64,000 nt of DNA from Cyanophora paradoxa CCMP329. Taxonomy: Eukaryota; Plantae; Glaucophyta. Below the pieces are notes generated by a model. The model did not search any database. It saw only the letters and a program-made list of their open reading frames with translations, and was not told where the DNA came from. Shown here in pieces: positions 1 to 10,921 of the stretch. A program made the translations under genes and the position numbers. The stretch covers positions 186,001 to 250,000 of the forward strand of contig QPMI01000545.1 of NCBI GenBank assembly GCA_004431415.1, in the 5' to 3' direction. How positions within the stretch are numbered: position 1 is the first letter of the stretch; the number at the start of each line of letters is the position of its first letter.

Positions 1-1990
1 ACCTGCACACGCACCGTGGTATATATGCGTGTGCTCTGTAACGGCTGCAACCGCATGCGCACTGGGGGCGCGCACCTTTCGCACTGACATGTTCGATGTC
101 ATGTACTTTAGCATTGATGATTTCGACAGAAATGTCTTCAGTTTGCGTGGCCATCTCTGAGTAGCTCCCGCCTGCCTGCCAGTGCTTACTACGTATGTGC
201 TCAGCGGCTGCTTATATAAAGAACCGCCCAACTGCTGCACCTGTGCACTGCCAGCGCACTGCGGCCACGCGCGCTGCGGCCAGCTGCCGTACGGAAAGTT
301 GTTCGAATTCTGGGCTGCCAGCTGCAGCCTGCAGGCTGCGATTCCGCGAGCACAGTCTATACACGGTATTATCGATTCCGCGAGCACAGGTAGCACTGCA
401 GTCCGACGGTCGGCACTGCTGAGTCAGTGGATTCAGTGCTGACTCGGCCCGGCGGCGGGCCGGCGCCAAGCCGGCGGCAGGCTACCGCCCAGCAGCCTAC
501 CGGTAGTAGTCCGGTACCGTAGAACGTGTACGGTGTACGGCAGCAGGCGTCGACTCCTCCGACTCCTCCGAGCGACGAATTCGAATCGCCGACGATTCGA
601 ATTAAGCTTCTGCGAAGCTTCGAAGGAATTCGAATTCTAAACAAATTATGTAAGCTTTAAGGTTTCTGCGAAGCTTCGAAGGAATTCGAGTCGAGGGCCT
701 CCCGCGGCGGCGCGGCCTCGAGGCTTCTGCGCCGATGAATTCGAATCGCCGATGATTCGGAAGCCTCCGACCAGGGTACAGGTTACAAATCGAATTATTG
801 AATTCAATGATTACCAATCGAAAGAGCCGGTCACCTGAACCCGCTTTTTTTCCGTTGTCAAGTCGGAGTCTGTCAGACTGCTAAGTCAGCAGAGCTAACA
901 GGCTAGTACTACGGTAACAGCTGCAGTGAGCTAACAGTACTGCTAACTTTGCTAATTATATATTAATTATAAGTTGACTGCTAACGCGCACGTGCCACGG
1001 TGCACCGCGGTCGCCGCGGTGCACCGTGGCACTGGCCGGCGGCCAAGCCGGCTAGCTAGCCGGCCAATTTGGGCGGGGGGCGCCTGGGCTAGGCAGCCGA
1101 AACCCCGGCTTGCCAGCCCAGGGGTTTTGCTGGTTTTCCCCGGCTTGTCAGCCAAGTCAGCAAGCCCGGGGCTCGCAATCGAGCCGGCGAACGAAGCATA
1201 GGTGAAGTTAGCGCGAGCTGCACCAAGCCAGACCGAGCCGCGCTGGCCACCGGTACCATATTAACTGGCAAGCCGCTGGCAAGCCAGCCGAAATTTTGGA
1301 GCCGCCAAGCCGCTAGGGCCAGCCCCGGTGCAAGCTTTCGGAATTTTGGGCCAGCCCCGGTGCAAGCTTCTAGACCCGCCGGCCAGTGCCCTACCGCGGC
1401 GTACCGGTACCGTCGGTACGTCGCGTAGGCGGCTAGTAGCCTCCTACTGCCAGGCAGTGCCAGCTAGCGCTGGCAGCCTGGCACTGCCTGGCAGGCTACC
1501 TGGCCCAGTGGTACGGTACTTAATTACGGCGCTTAATTAATTACCGGCAGGCTGGCAGTACACGGTATATGGGCCACCGACGGCCCACCGTATGGCTACC
1601 GTGTAATCAGAATACTACCTTACCCCGTGGTCCCCGTATCAATACTACCTTACCCCGTATCTTACTACCTTACCCCGGCAGGCTTAATTAACTACCCCGT
1701 ACCAAGACATTATATTATACGTGTACTGTGCTATACTACTACTATATATATAGTCTACTACTATTCCCTAGAATCCCTAATACCGGTTTTGCGTAGTACC
1801 AGTACACGTTCGCCGTACCGTAGTACGGTACCTAATCGACGTCTCGTCGCCGTGGACGTCCGGTCGTCGGTAGACCCGGCCCTCAAACGGTCAGCGTCGG
1901 CCACCCGGGCCATGCATATGGCCAGGCGCCGCGGCGCCGGCCGAAAATTTCTAAATCAGCTTCAGTTAACCGGAGCCCACTCAAATTCGT
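1..1990. repeat. Non-coding, palindrome-saturated low-complexity block (probably decayed repeat/transposon DNA)
   Basis: No credible coding signal and more AT-rich than the genes. Dense short self-complementary words (gaattcgaattc, ggtaccgt, gctagctagc, ttaattaa). Local direct repeats: gattccgcgagcacag x2 (~340-390) and ttctgcgaagcttcgaaggaattcga x2 (~608-690). Confidence 0.6.
1613..1677 (+). repeat. Short direct repeat tactaccttaccccg x3
   Basis: Copies at 1613, 1643 and 1663, with a partial copy at ~1691. Confidence 0.85.
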
Positions 1991-2043
1991 AATCAGCTTC
2001 AGTTAACCAGTTAACGTTAACACCCGAATCACTCGACCAGGAG

Positions 2044-4506
2044 CTAGCTGCTCTCGTTCCCGTCGTTGCCGGCGGGGGGCTCGGCGGAGGGGAAGCGGGG
2101 CGGGGCGGCCCCCGGGGCCCGCAGCGCCGCCTCCACCCCCGCCACCACCCGCAGCGCCGCCTCCTGGCCCTGCCCGCGCCCGTCAAGTCAAGGCAAGACA
2201 CAGAAGGAGGCAGAGGGGCGGGCGGGGGCGAGCTCGAGCCTGGAGCGGGGAGGGGGCGGGGGCGTAGAGGCGCCCCGTCTTCACGGGCTTGCCGTCAGGG
2301 CCCTTCTGAACCTGCGGGCCCGCCCACCACCCCTCAGCCCCCGAACGAATCGAGTCGAATCGGATCGGGAACAAGTAAAGGCCGCGCGGGCGCGCGCCTT
2401 TCGGCCCTTGACGTCGAGGCGGCTGTCGGTGCGGAGGGCCTCCTGCTCGGCCGCCTCCGCCCCCATCGCCGCCAGGTGCTCCTGGGGAAAAGTAAGGCGA
2501 GGGGGGGGGGAGAGGGAGGGGGGTACGGTACCGGACCTCGTAGGGGGGGTCGTAGCAGGCGCGGACGCGGGCGGCGAGGGCGGCGCGGCCGGCGGGGCCG
2601 GCGGCGAGGTCCACCCGCGTCCACCGGAAGAGGGGCTCGCCCCGGAACCACGCCAGCTGCCGCTTCACGTACCGCCGCGAGGCCGTCTGAGGTCAGCGAG
2701 TCAGCGAGTCAAAGAGGTGCAAAGCGAAGGGGTGCGGCGGTACCTTGAAGTCGGCGAGGAAGGTGGTGAAGAGTTTGTGGCGCTGGGAGCGGCCCTCGGG
2801 CGTCGGAGCCGCCACGCCGCGCTCCCCGAGGCCCCACAGCTCCCCCAGAAACACCGCCGCCTTTCAGAGGGGGTCAAGGGATGAAGGGGGAGGCGTGGTG
2901 GAGCGTCTCGCGCCTGGCGGTAGCCGATGGCGCGGCCGACGGTGGAGTCCGGGTCGAGGCCCGCCCTCAGCAGCCCCAGCGTCTCCTGCAGCAGCCCCTC
3001 CTCCACCTGATAGATTCTATAAATAGAGGAAGCGAGGAGGAGGGGAGGAGGCGGGGGGGTGGCGGGGGGGGAGGGGGGGGGGGGGGCGCGCCATGACGTC
3101 GCAGCGGGCGTCGACCATGTGGTTCAGCTCGTGCCGCTCCGGCACGAGGAAGAAGCACCGGAAGTCGTAGTCCAGCCTGCCCCGCCCGCCCCGCCAGGCG
3201 CCATGGTGAGCGCGCCGCGATGGCGGGGCGGGGGCCAGGGGGAGGCGGCGGAGCGGGGCGGGCGGCGGAGCGGGGCAGGGGCGAAGGCGGTGAAGGGGGG
3301 GAGGGGAAGGAAGGGGGGGCGGGGGGGAGGCGCCGGGGGGGGGAGGGGGGGGGTGGGACGCGGAGGAGACGGGGGCGAAGGGGAAAAGAGGGGGGGGGGG
3401 GGATCTATCCCGAAGGAGCGCCGGAAGAGTGCAGGACGGGGGAAGAGGAGGGGGGGGGGGAGGAGGAGGAGGAGGAGAAGACGGAAACGTAGGGGGAGGA
3501 GCGGGGGGGGGGGGAGGGGAGGGGAGGGGAGAAGAAGGCGGGGGGCGGGCGGCCGCGCACCGGGTCGCGTCGGCGTCCTCGGACTGGCGGAACTGGCGCG
3601 GCACGGGCTTCCCCCCGTTCCCCTCCACGATCTCCAGCGCCCGGCTGGGACCGCTCAGATCGGATCTGATCCGAGGCCCCGGGACCCCGGGCCGGCACCT
3701 GAGGCGGTACCAGTCGTTCTCGGAGAGCGACGCCGCGAACTCGGGGTCGACCTGGGGGGCCTTCAGGGCGGGGCGCGGGCCCGGGCGGGTGGGGGGCGGG
3801 GGGTCGGGCGCGCCGCGGCGAGCTTGGCGAGGCACCCGGGCCAGTCGCTCTGGTCCCCCAGCTCCGCCTTGACCTTCTCCCTCACCGCGCTGTCCGCCGG
3901 CGGCGCCCCCGCCTTTCCGTAGAGGTACCTGCCCCGCCCGCTCAGAGGGGGGGATGCCGCTGGGCGGCGGCGCCGGCGCGCGTGCGCGCGCCAGCGGAGG
4001 TAGAGGCCGGTGCCGCCGACGACGATGGGGACGCGGCCGCGGGAGAGGATGCCGTCGGTGGCGGCGCGGGCAGCCTCGGCGAACTCGCCGGCGTTGAACT
4101 GGTCCCAGGGCTCCGCCACGTCAATCATGTGGTGCGGCACGCGCTCCCGCACCTCCCGCGGGACCTTGTTCGACCCGACGTCCATCCCCACGTACACCTG
4201 CCGCCGCCTCGCGCGACGCCGGCGCCAAGGCGCGCGCGGCGCGCGCGCGCGCCGCGGACCTGGACGGAGTCCGCGGAGACGATCTCGCCGCCCAGCGACT
4301 CGGCCAGCGCGACGGAGAGGTCGGTCTTGCCGACGCCCGTGGGGCCTGCGCCGCCCGCTGAGGGACGCGGGCGCGCGCGGCAAGGCGGGCGTCGCGCGCT
4401 CACCCGAGATGACGATCACCTTCGGCTTGGGCGCGTCGGCCCGCGGGCTCGAGGGCCCCGCGCGCTCGTGGGCGGCGGGCGAGGCGCTGCTGCACTCGAC
4501 TGACAT
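2044..4506 (-). CDS. miaA: tRNA dimethylallyltransferase (MiaA / plant IPT9-type tRNA isopentenyltransferase), multi-exon
   Basis: Spliced exons give [14 protein letters not shown] (P-loop), [82 protein letters not shown]. Stop TAG at 2044-2046. The frame is open upstream of 4506, so a targeting peptide may extend the N-terminus. Confidence 0.93.
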
Positions 4507-5524
4507 GCGTGCCGCAGGCGCATGACCGAAGAAGCGCTCAGTGCGCCCGAGGCCGACGAGCGGCGCTCGGCCGTGCTTGCCGCCGGCGAACCAGCGCAGG
4601 CCGGCCGCGGCCCGCCGCGCGGCGGGAGCGAGAGTGCACGCCGATGCCCACAGCGCGCGGGGTGCGATCCGGCTCGTGACCCGCTGCGAGGCGCTCGCGA
4701 TGGTGAGGGCCGGTCCGGCGAATGCCAGCTTTGCTCTGCTGCGGTGCCGGCGGCTCTAGCGTTTCTCCTGAGCCGCAACGGAGCGCTGCAGATCGAGACA
4801 CGAAGAACCCGAGGTCGGGCGGGAAGCGGGCCGGCGCGGAGCTGAACCCGTCCCGAACGCGGCTCCTACGACGCCTGACCCGCCCGACCCCGCGGGCCGC
4901 CGCCGACGCACAGGCCGAGGCACCTGAGATCGCTTCTCCTGGCGTGGCCTCCGAGCGTGCTCGGCCTTCGGGCGCGGCAAACAGCGCCGCGTCCCGCTCG
5001 GACTCCCGCCTCAGACGTCTGCGGTAGCGCGTAAGTGGTGCGAGACACGTTTCTTGCGCTTCGGTCGTGCTCGAATCGATCGTGCCTCGAACCTGACCGG
5101 ACCGCCTCGACCTTCCCTCGATCCTGCAGGTCGCCGCGCCGGCGATGGAGGACGGGAAGAAGAGCACAGAAGGCGCGGACGCACCCAAGTTCACGCGCCG
5201 CATTGCCGCGCCGCCAGCTGCGGAGCGGACTCTGCAGGAGCTCGAGGCGCCGACGTCGACGATCGTAAGCGAGCGGTCACATGCGCGTGCGGACAGCGCG
5301 AGCGGCTCCCAAGACGTCTCAGGTGCTCTCCGGCGCGATGTGCGCCGAGACATGAGGTTTCTAAGGCCCGCTGCGCAGCGGTCCCCTCGGTATCGGCCGC
5401 GGTCACTGCAGCAGAGGTGGTTGGAGCCGGTCCCTCGCACCCCAACGCGCCCGAGGCCGTGCCCGGGCCATCGGGCTGCATCCGGCCGGTTCCAAGCGAT
5501 CCTAACGACCGCGCCGAGCGCGGA

Positions 5525-8500
5525 ATGTCCCCGTCACGAGCGCCCGACGCGGCCGACGCGGCCGCGGAAGCGGACGCTGCGCCAGCGCCGCCGCCGCCTG
5601 CGCCTCCTGGCCGGACGCTGCAGCTCATGATCGAATCGCACGTCGCCTCCGGCTCCAAGAGGACCCGGTCCGCCCCGCCCGCTCCGGGATCCGCGCCGCG
5701 CCGCTTTGCTTGATCCGGCCCGCGCCCCGCTGGCTCGCGCGCCCTCGCCTGGGTGCGCAGCGTCGTGCGCATCAGCCCCGAGGGGCGGGTGGGCGACCTC
5801 CTGGCGGCGCTGCGGGCCGCGGACGGGCTGCCCGCACACGTCGCGGGCCTCCAGCGCATCTTTGGCGGCCCCCGCACCCTCTCCGCTGAGGACGGCTACC
5901 TTCGGCTCGCGGACGTCGGCATAAGCGAGGGCCTGCAGCGCATTCTGCGCCACTCGTACGCCCGCCGCTGCCGCTTTAATATTTTTTATCAAGAGCTGAG
6001 CGCTGACGAGCCGGCAGCCTCGTTTCGGCTAGATTCGGCGACCTTAGAAGGGTACCCGGCCAGCTGCAGCCGGCGCCACCGCGGCCGCCCCGTGCGGAAG
6101 CGGGCGCGGGGCCACCGGAGCCGCCGCCGCCTGCGCCTCCTGGCCGGACGCTGCAGCTCATGATCGAATCGCACGTCGCCTCCGGCTCCAAGAGGACCCG
6201 GTCCGCCCCGCCCCCTCCGCGCCGCGCTGCACCGTGCCGCTTCTCGCTCGGTGTCTAAAGCTGCCCGCCGGCAGCGTCGTGCGCATCAGCAGCGAAGGGC
6301 GGGTGGGAGACCTCTTCGCGGCGCTGCGGGCAGCGGAGGGCCTCCCGCACTTCTCCGCCGGCGTGCAGCGGCTCTGGGGTGGCCCCCGCACCCTCTCCGC
6401 CGGAGACGCTCACCTGAGCCTCGCCGACGCCGGCATCCACGAGGGCCTCCAGCGCACCCTCCGTCACTTGTGCGCCGCTTCGGCCCGCGCGGCCCGCGCC
6501 GCGCCGCCGCTGACCGGGCCGGCCGCCGGCCGCAGCCTGGCGGCAACGACAGCTCCAGGGCGGGCGGAGGCGCCGGAGCTGCGGGAGCACCTGGCGGACG
6601 AGGAGCCCCTGCCCAGAAGCCTGGAGCGCACCCGGGCGTTCTTGCACGACCTCTACCGCGCCCAGCTCCAGCGCGGCGTCAGCCCCGTGCGCCACCCCCG
6701 CCCGCATCCTCCCGCCCGGCCCCCGCCCCGCCCGACCTCCCGTTTCTGACTGACGCCCCGGCCCGGCCCCCTCCGCCCCGGCAGTGCGGCGAGTCGGCGG
6801 TGCGGTTGGCCGCCTGCGCGGCGCCGCGCTCGCGCATGCCGCGCCTCACGCCCCGCGCGCAGATGGCGAACAGCCTCCTGCGGGCGAGCGCCAAAGGGGA
6901 CCACTACGCGGCCCTCGCCCTCGCCCTCCACGGGGCCGACTGGAGCGCCCGGGACCCGGCGACCGGCCTCGTCGCCCCCGCCCTCCTCGCGAGCAGGATG
7001 CCGGGGGAGGCCAACCCACAGAAGCTCGTGAAGACGTGCGCGCGTCCGCGCGGGCGGCGACGTTGACGGCGCCGCGGCGGCGGGGCCGGCGCCTCACAGG
7101 AGGGCCCGCGCAGGCTTTGCTCGGCCCTGGAGGCGCTGGGAGAGCTCCGTCGATTCACGTTCCACCAGTCCCTCCGCCTCTCGCACACGGACGCGAACCG
7201 CTTCGTTTTGGATGTCCTCCGCGCCGCCGGTGCGCGCTGCCCTCGCCGCGCGCCCTCGCCGCCCCGCGGCGCCTATCCGAGCGGGCGCAGGCTTGTGGCG
7301 GGACCTGCCGATCGGCACGCCGGAGGCGCTGGCGGAGGCGCAGCGGGTGTCGGGCCTGTGCCAGCGGCACACGTATTGGCGGCGCTTCGGCGCGCGGCTC
7401 CTGCTGGAAGGGCCGAGCCACGTCCTCCATCCCCACCTCGTCGCCTTCCTCGCCATCCAGAGCACCTGTACCCCGCGGGCGCGCCGCCCCCCAGCCCCTT
7501 TCTCGCCCGCTCGCCCGCCCCGCGAGCGAGCGGGCGAGCGGGCGGGCACCTCTGTGCGCAGGAGCGCTCAAACGCGTCGTTTGTGCTCCGAGGGCTGGGT
7601 CCGACCGCCGTCGTCATCCTCTTCGGCCTCCTCGAGGTGCTCCCCGCCGTCGCCCGCGCCGCCCCCGCCGCCCCCGCCGACAGCACGGGCGCGCAGCGGC
7701 CGAGGATCCCGCCGGGCACGGCGGGGGGCGCGCGGCGACGGGCGCTGACGGATCTGTTGCTGGAGCAGCACGAGACCGTCTTCGCGCTGCCGGAAGTGGC
7801 GGAGGCGCTGCTCGCCGCCGCCTCCCGGGCCGTGGCCGAGCCCGGCGCGCCGACCCCGCGCGAGGCCGCCGCCGACGCGGACGGATCCAGGTCCTCCCTC
7901 GGCCTCCTCCTCCCTTTCCTCCTCCGCTCCAGCCACGCCGGGGTGCAGGCCTTCCTCGCTTCCGGTCGCGCCGCGCGGCACACGGGGCCGCTGCTCCCCG
8001 CGGCCCTCCTCGCCTACCTTAGCGAAGCCTGGGAGGCAGCGCCGCTCGTGGCGCTGCTGCGCGGGCACGCCCCGACGCGCGCCGCGCTCGCCGTCGCGGC
8101 CTTCCCCGCCGCCGCCGCCGCCCTCACCGTCGTCACCTCGGAGCTGCTCCGCTTCGCCTCCTGCGCCGCTTCCGCCTCCGGCGCCGGCGCGGAGGAGGAG
8201 GAGGAGGCGGGGCGGCCGCTGGCGGTCCAGCCAGCCGCGGAACTGACACTCAGGCTGCTCGATCGCGAGCGGGCCGCGGGAGGCGCCCTGGACTTCCGCC
8301 CCGAGGCGGGGGCCCACGGCCAGGGCGGCGACGAGGAGGAGGAGACGCGGCAGGCGCTCGCCGCCGACCTCTCCCTCCGCCTCGCGTGCGCCCCCCGAAG
8401 TCTCATAAGCTCAACATGATGTATTAGAAGGACCTATCATACTACTGCTGGACCTTCCTTTCCCACCTCAGCGCCCTTCTCTTATCGCTTGACGCAGCGG

Positions 8501-10739
8501 GGCGGCGGGGGCGGCGCTGGCGGGCATGGCGCCCTCGCTGCGAGCCGCCTTCCTCCTCTCCTGCCCCGCCCTCCTCTCCACAAAGGTCCGAACCTCCGAT
8601 GTTGCCGCCGCGCCAGCGCCGGCGCTGATGGCGGCGCCGGCGGCGCAGCCCGCGGACTTCGTGTGGCGGTCGGTGGCGGCCGGCGCCTCCGTCGCGCGCG
8701 CCGCCGGCGTCCTCGACGCCTTCGCCGAGGCCCTCCGCCCTGCCGGTGCGCGCGCGGGCGCCTCGACAAGCCGCGCCGCGCCTTCCCACGCGCGCGCGCG
8801 CGCGGCGCAGGGGGATTTTCTCGTTGTGCGCCGAGGCGCTGCTCGCGGGGCGCGCCTTCGTCGGCTCCGCCTTCGCCGCCGCCGTCGGGCGCGTCCCGGG
8901 CGCCCTCTCGCCCCACCTCCGCCGCGAGGCCCGCCCCGCCCCGCGCAGCTCTGCTCCGCCTCGCCCCGCCTTCCCCGCTCGCTCACACGGGAGCAGGCGG
9001 TGCTGGCCGAGCACGTGGTGGGCCCCGGATTCGACTCCGAGGAGGGCGACACCCTCGAGCTCGAAGTCGCCCGCGGCTCCCTCATCGACTCCAGGCACGG
9101 CCCCTTTCCTACATTCGCTTCGATCCGGACTCGTGCGAATCGCGGCGCAGCATCGCGGGGCTGGGGCACGAGCTCCTGGCCGCGGGCGGGGACCCAGTCT
9201 CGCCGGCCGAGCTCGAGTGGCGCCGCAGCGTCGCCGGGCTCCAGGTCCGCTTACCGGCGCCGGCCCCGCCCCGTCGATCGCGACCACAGCCTCTGCCGCA
9301 GGTGACGTTCAGCGGGGAGGCGGCGCACGGCCCCGGGGTGCAGCGGGAGTACCTGGCCTGCCTCGCGCGCGAGCTGCTCGACCCGCACGCCGCCCTCTTC
9401 CGCCGCCACGACGACGCCGCCGGCATCTACTACCCCTCCAGGTCCTCGGCTTGCTTTGGATTCGCTTTTCTCTGCCGTCCTTCTCCGCCTTTGACGGGCC
9501 GCCCTCGTGATCAGCGACGCCCGCGTTCAGCCCGGCCACCTCACGTGCGCCCAGTCGTCAGCGGTGTACAGAACCGCCCCCTCTGGCCCCCGCCGACGCC
9601 CGCCCGCGCAGCATGTTCCGGCTCTGCGGCTGGGCGATGGGCGCCGCCTTCGCGATCGGCTCCGTCTTCCCCGTCTACGTCCGTACCCCCGCCCCGCGCC
9701 CTTTCTCCTGTACCCCCGCTCACCCCCCCCCCCAGTTCCCGGAGTGCCTGTACGGGTACCTGCTGGGGCGGGCGCCGTGCCTTGAGGACCTCGCCTCGGT
9801 CGAGCCGACCATCGCCCGGGCCCTGCAGCGCGTACGCGCTTTCCAAGCCGCCCCTTCTTTCGCTCTAAGTTGAAAGGCAGGACGTGCTGGGCCGGGACGT
9901 GGCGGACCTGGGGATGGTCTTCGCGGTGGACGAGATCTTCTTCGGGGCGCACCGCACCGTACCCCTGCGCCCCGGCGGCGAGCACGAGCCCGTCACCGAC
10001 GCCAACAAGGTCCGTGTTTGCGCGCCGCGAGCTCCTTTAGCTTGACACGCCCGGCCTCACGCGGCGCGGCGCGGCGCAGGAGGAGTACGTGCAGCTCGCG
10101 GTGGAGTACTACCTCGTCGGGCGCGTCCGCCAGGAGGCACGTACCACCCCCTTCTCCTTCTCCCCCTTCTCGATCTGACAACGGCGGCGGGGGTACAGCT
10201 GGAGGCGCTGCGGGAGGGGCTGCGGCGGGTGCTGCCGGCGGCGGCGGCGGGGGTGCTGCTGCCGTGCGAGCTGCGGGAGCTCGTCGAGGGGCGGGCGGAG
10301 GTGGACGTCGCCGACTGGCGCCGCCACACGCGCTACGGCAACGGCCTCTCCGCCGACTCGCAGGAGGCCCGCCCCGCCCCGCCCCGCCGCCCGAGCCTCG
10401 CGTCGCTTCTCTCAGCGACGCCCCCCGCAGGCGGCCTGGTTCTGGGAGTACGTCGAGACGCTGCCGGCGGCGGGGCGGGCGCGGCTGCTGGCGTTCGCGA
10501 CGGGGAGCCCGCGGGCGCCGCCGGGCGGCTTCGCGCACCTCGTCGCGTCGAGCGGGCGGCTGGAGCCGTTCCAGCTGGTCGCCGGCCCGGACGCCCGGGC
10601 CGAGGCCGGCGCCGGGCGGCTCCCGACCTCGCACACCTGCTTCAACCAGCTCGTCCTGCCCCGCTACGCGAGCGCGGGGGCGCTGCGGGCCGCCCTCGAC
10701 GCCGCCATCGGCGCCGACCACGGCTTCGGCTTCGCGTGA
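5525..10739 (+). CDS. HECT-domain E3 ubiquitin ligase with two N-terminal ubiquitin-like modules and an ankyrin-like segment, multi-exon
   Basis: HECT motifs: VTFSGEAAHGPGVQREYL, LEDLASVEP, VPLRPGGEHEPVTDANKEEYVQL, VDVADWRRHTRY, WFWEYVE, LLAFATGS, LPTSHTCFNQLVLPRY (catalytic Cys), GFGFA-stop (TGA 10737-10739). The start is uncertain; exons may lie upstream (e.g. the 5145 ORF). Confidence 0.88.
5587..6467 (+). repeat. Internal tandem duplication of the ubiquitin-like module
   Basis: 5587-5680 and 6120-6213 are identical over 94 nt. The following exons are diverged paralogues (VVRISPEGRVGDLLAALRAADGLP vs VVRISSEGRVGDLFAALRAAEGLP). Confidence 0.9.
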
Positions 10740-10921
10740 CCGCGATCGCGAATTGCGTCGATTTTGCAATTGCATCGATCATACGCATGTTTGTATCTTG
10801 CATCGATGTACTTACAGTAAGGTATTTAAAGAAAACATCAGATGAGCTAGTTATTGAAAGAATAAGATCGGATATCGATGCACAGCGCGCAGTGCACAGT
10901 GCACACGCGGCGGCCTTGGGC

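Noticed and set aside
1613-1700. Short repeats with spacers resembling a CRISPR array
   Set aside because: Only three 15-nt units with 5-15-nt gaps, eukaryotic context and no cas genes.
4522-5500. Separate gene between miaA and the HECT ligase (ORFs at 4522, 4538, 5145)
   Set aside because: No recognisable motifs. It may hold 5' exons or UTRs of either neighbour, but this cannot be supported from sequence alone.
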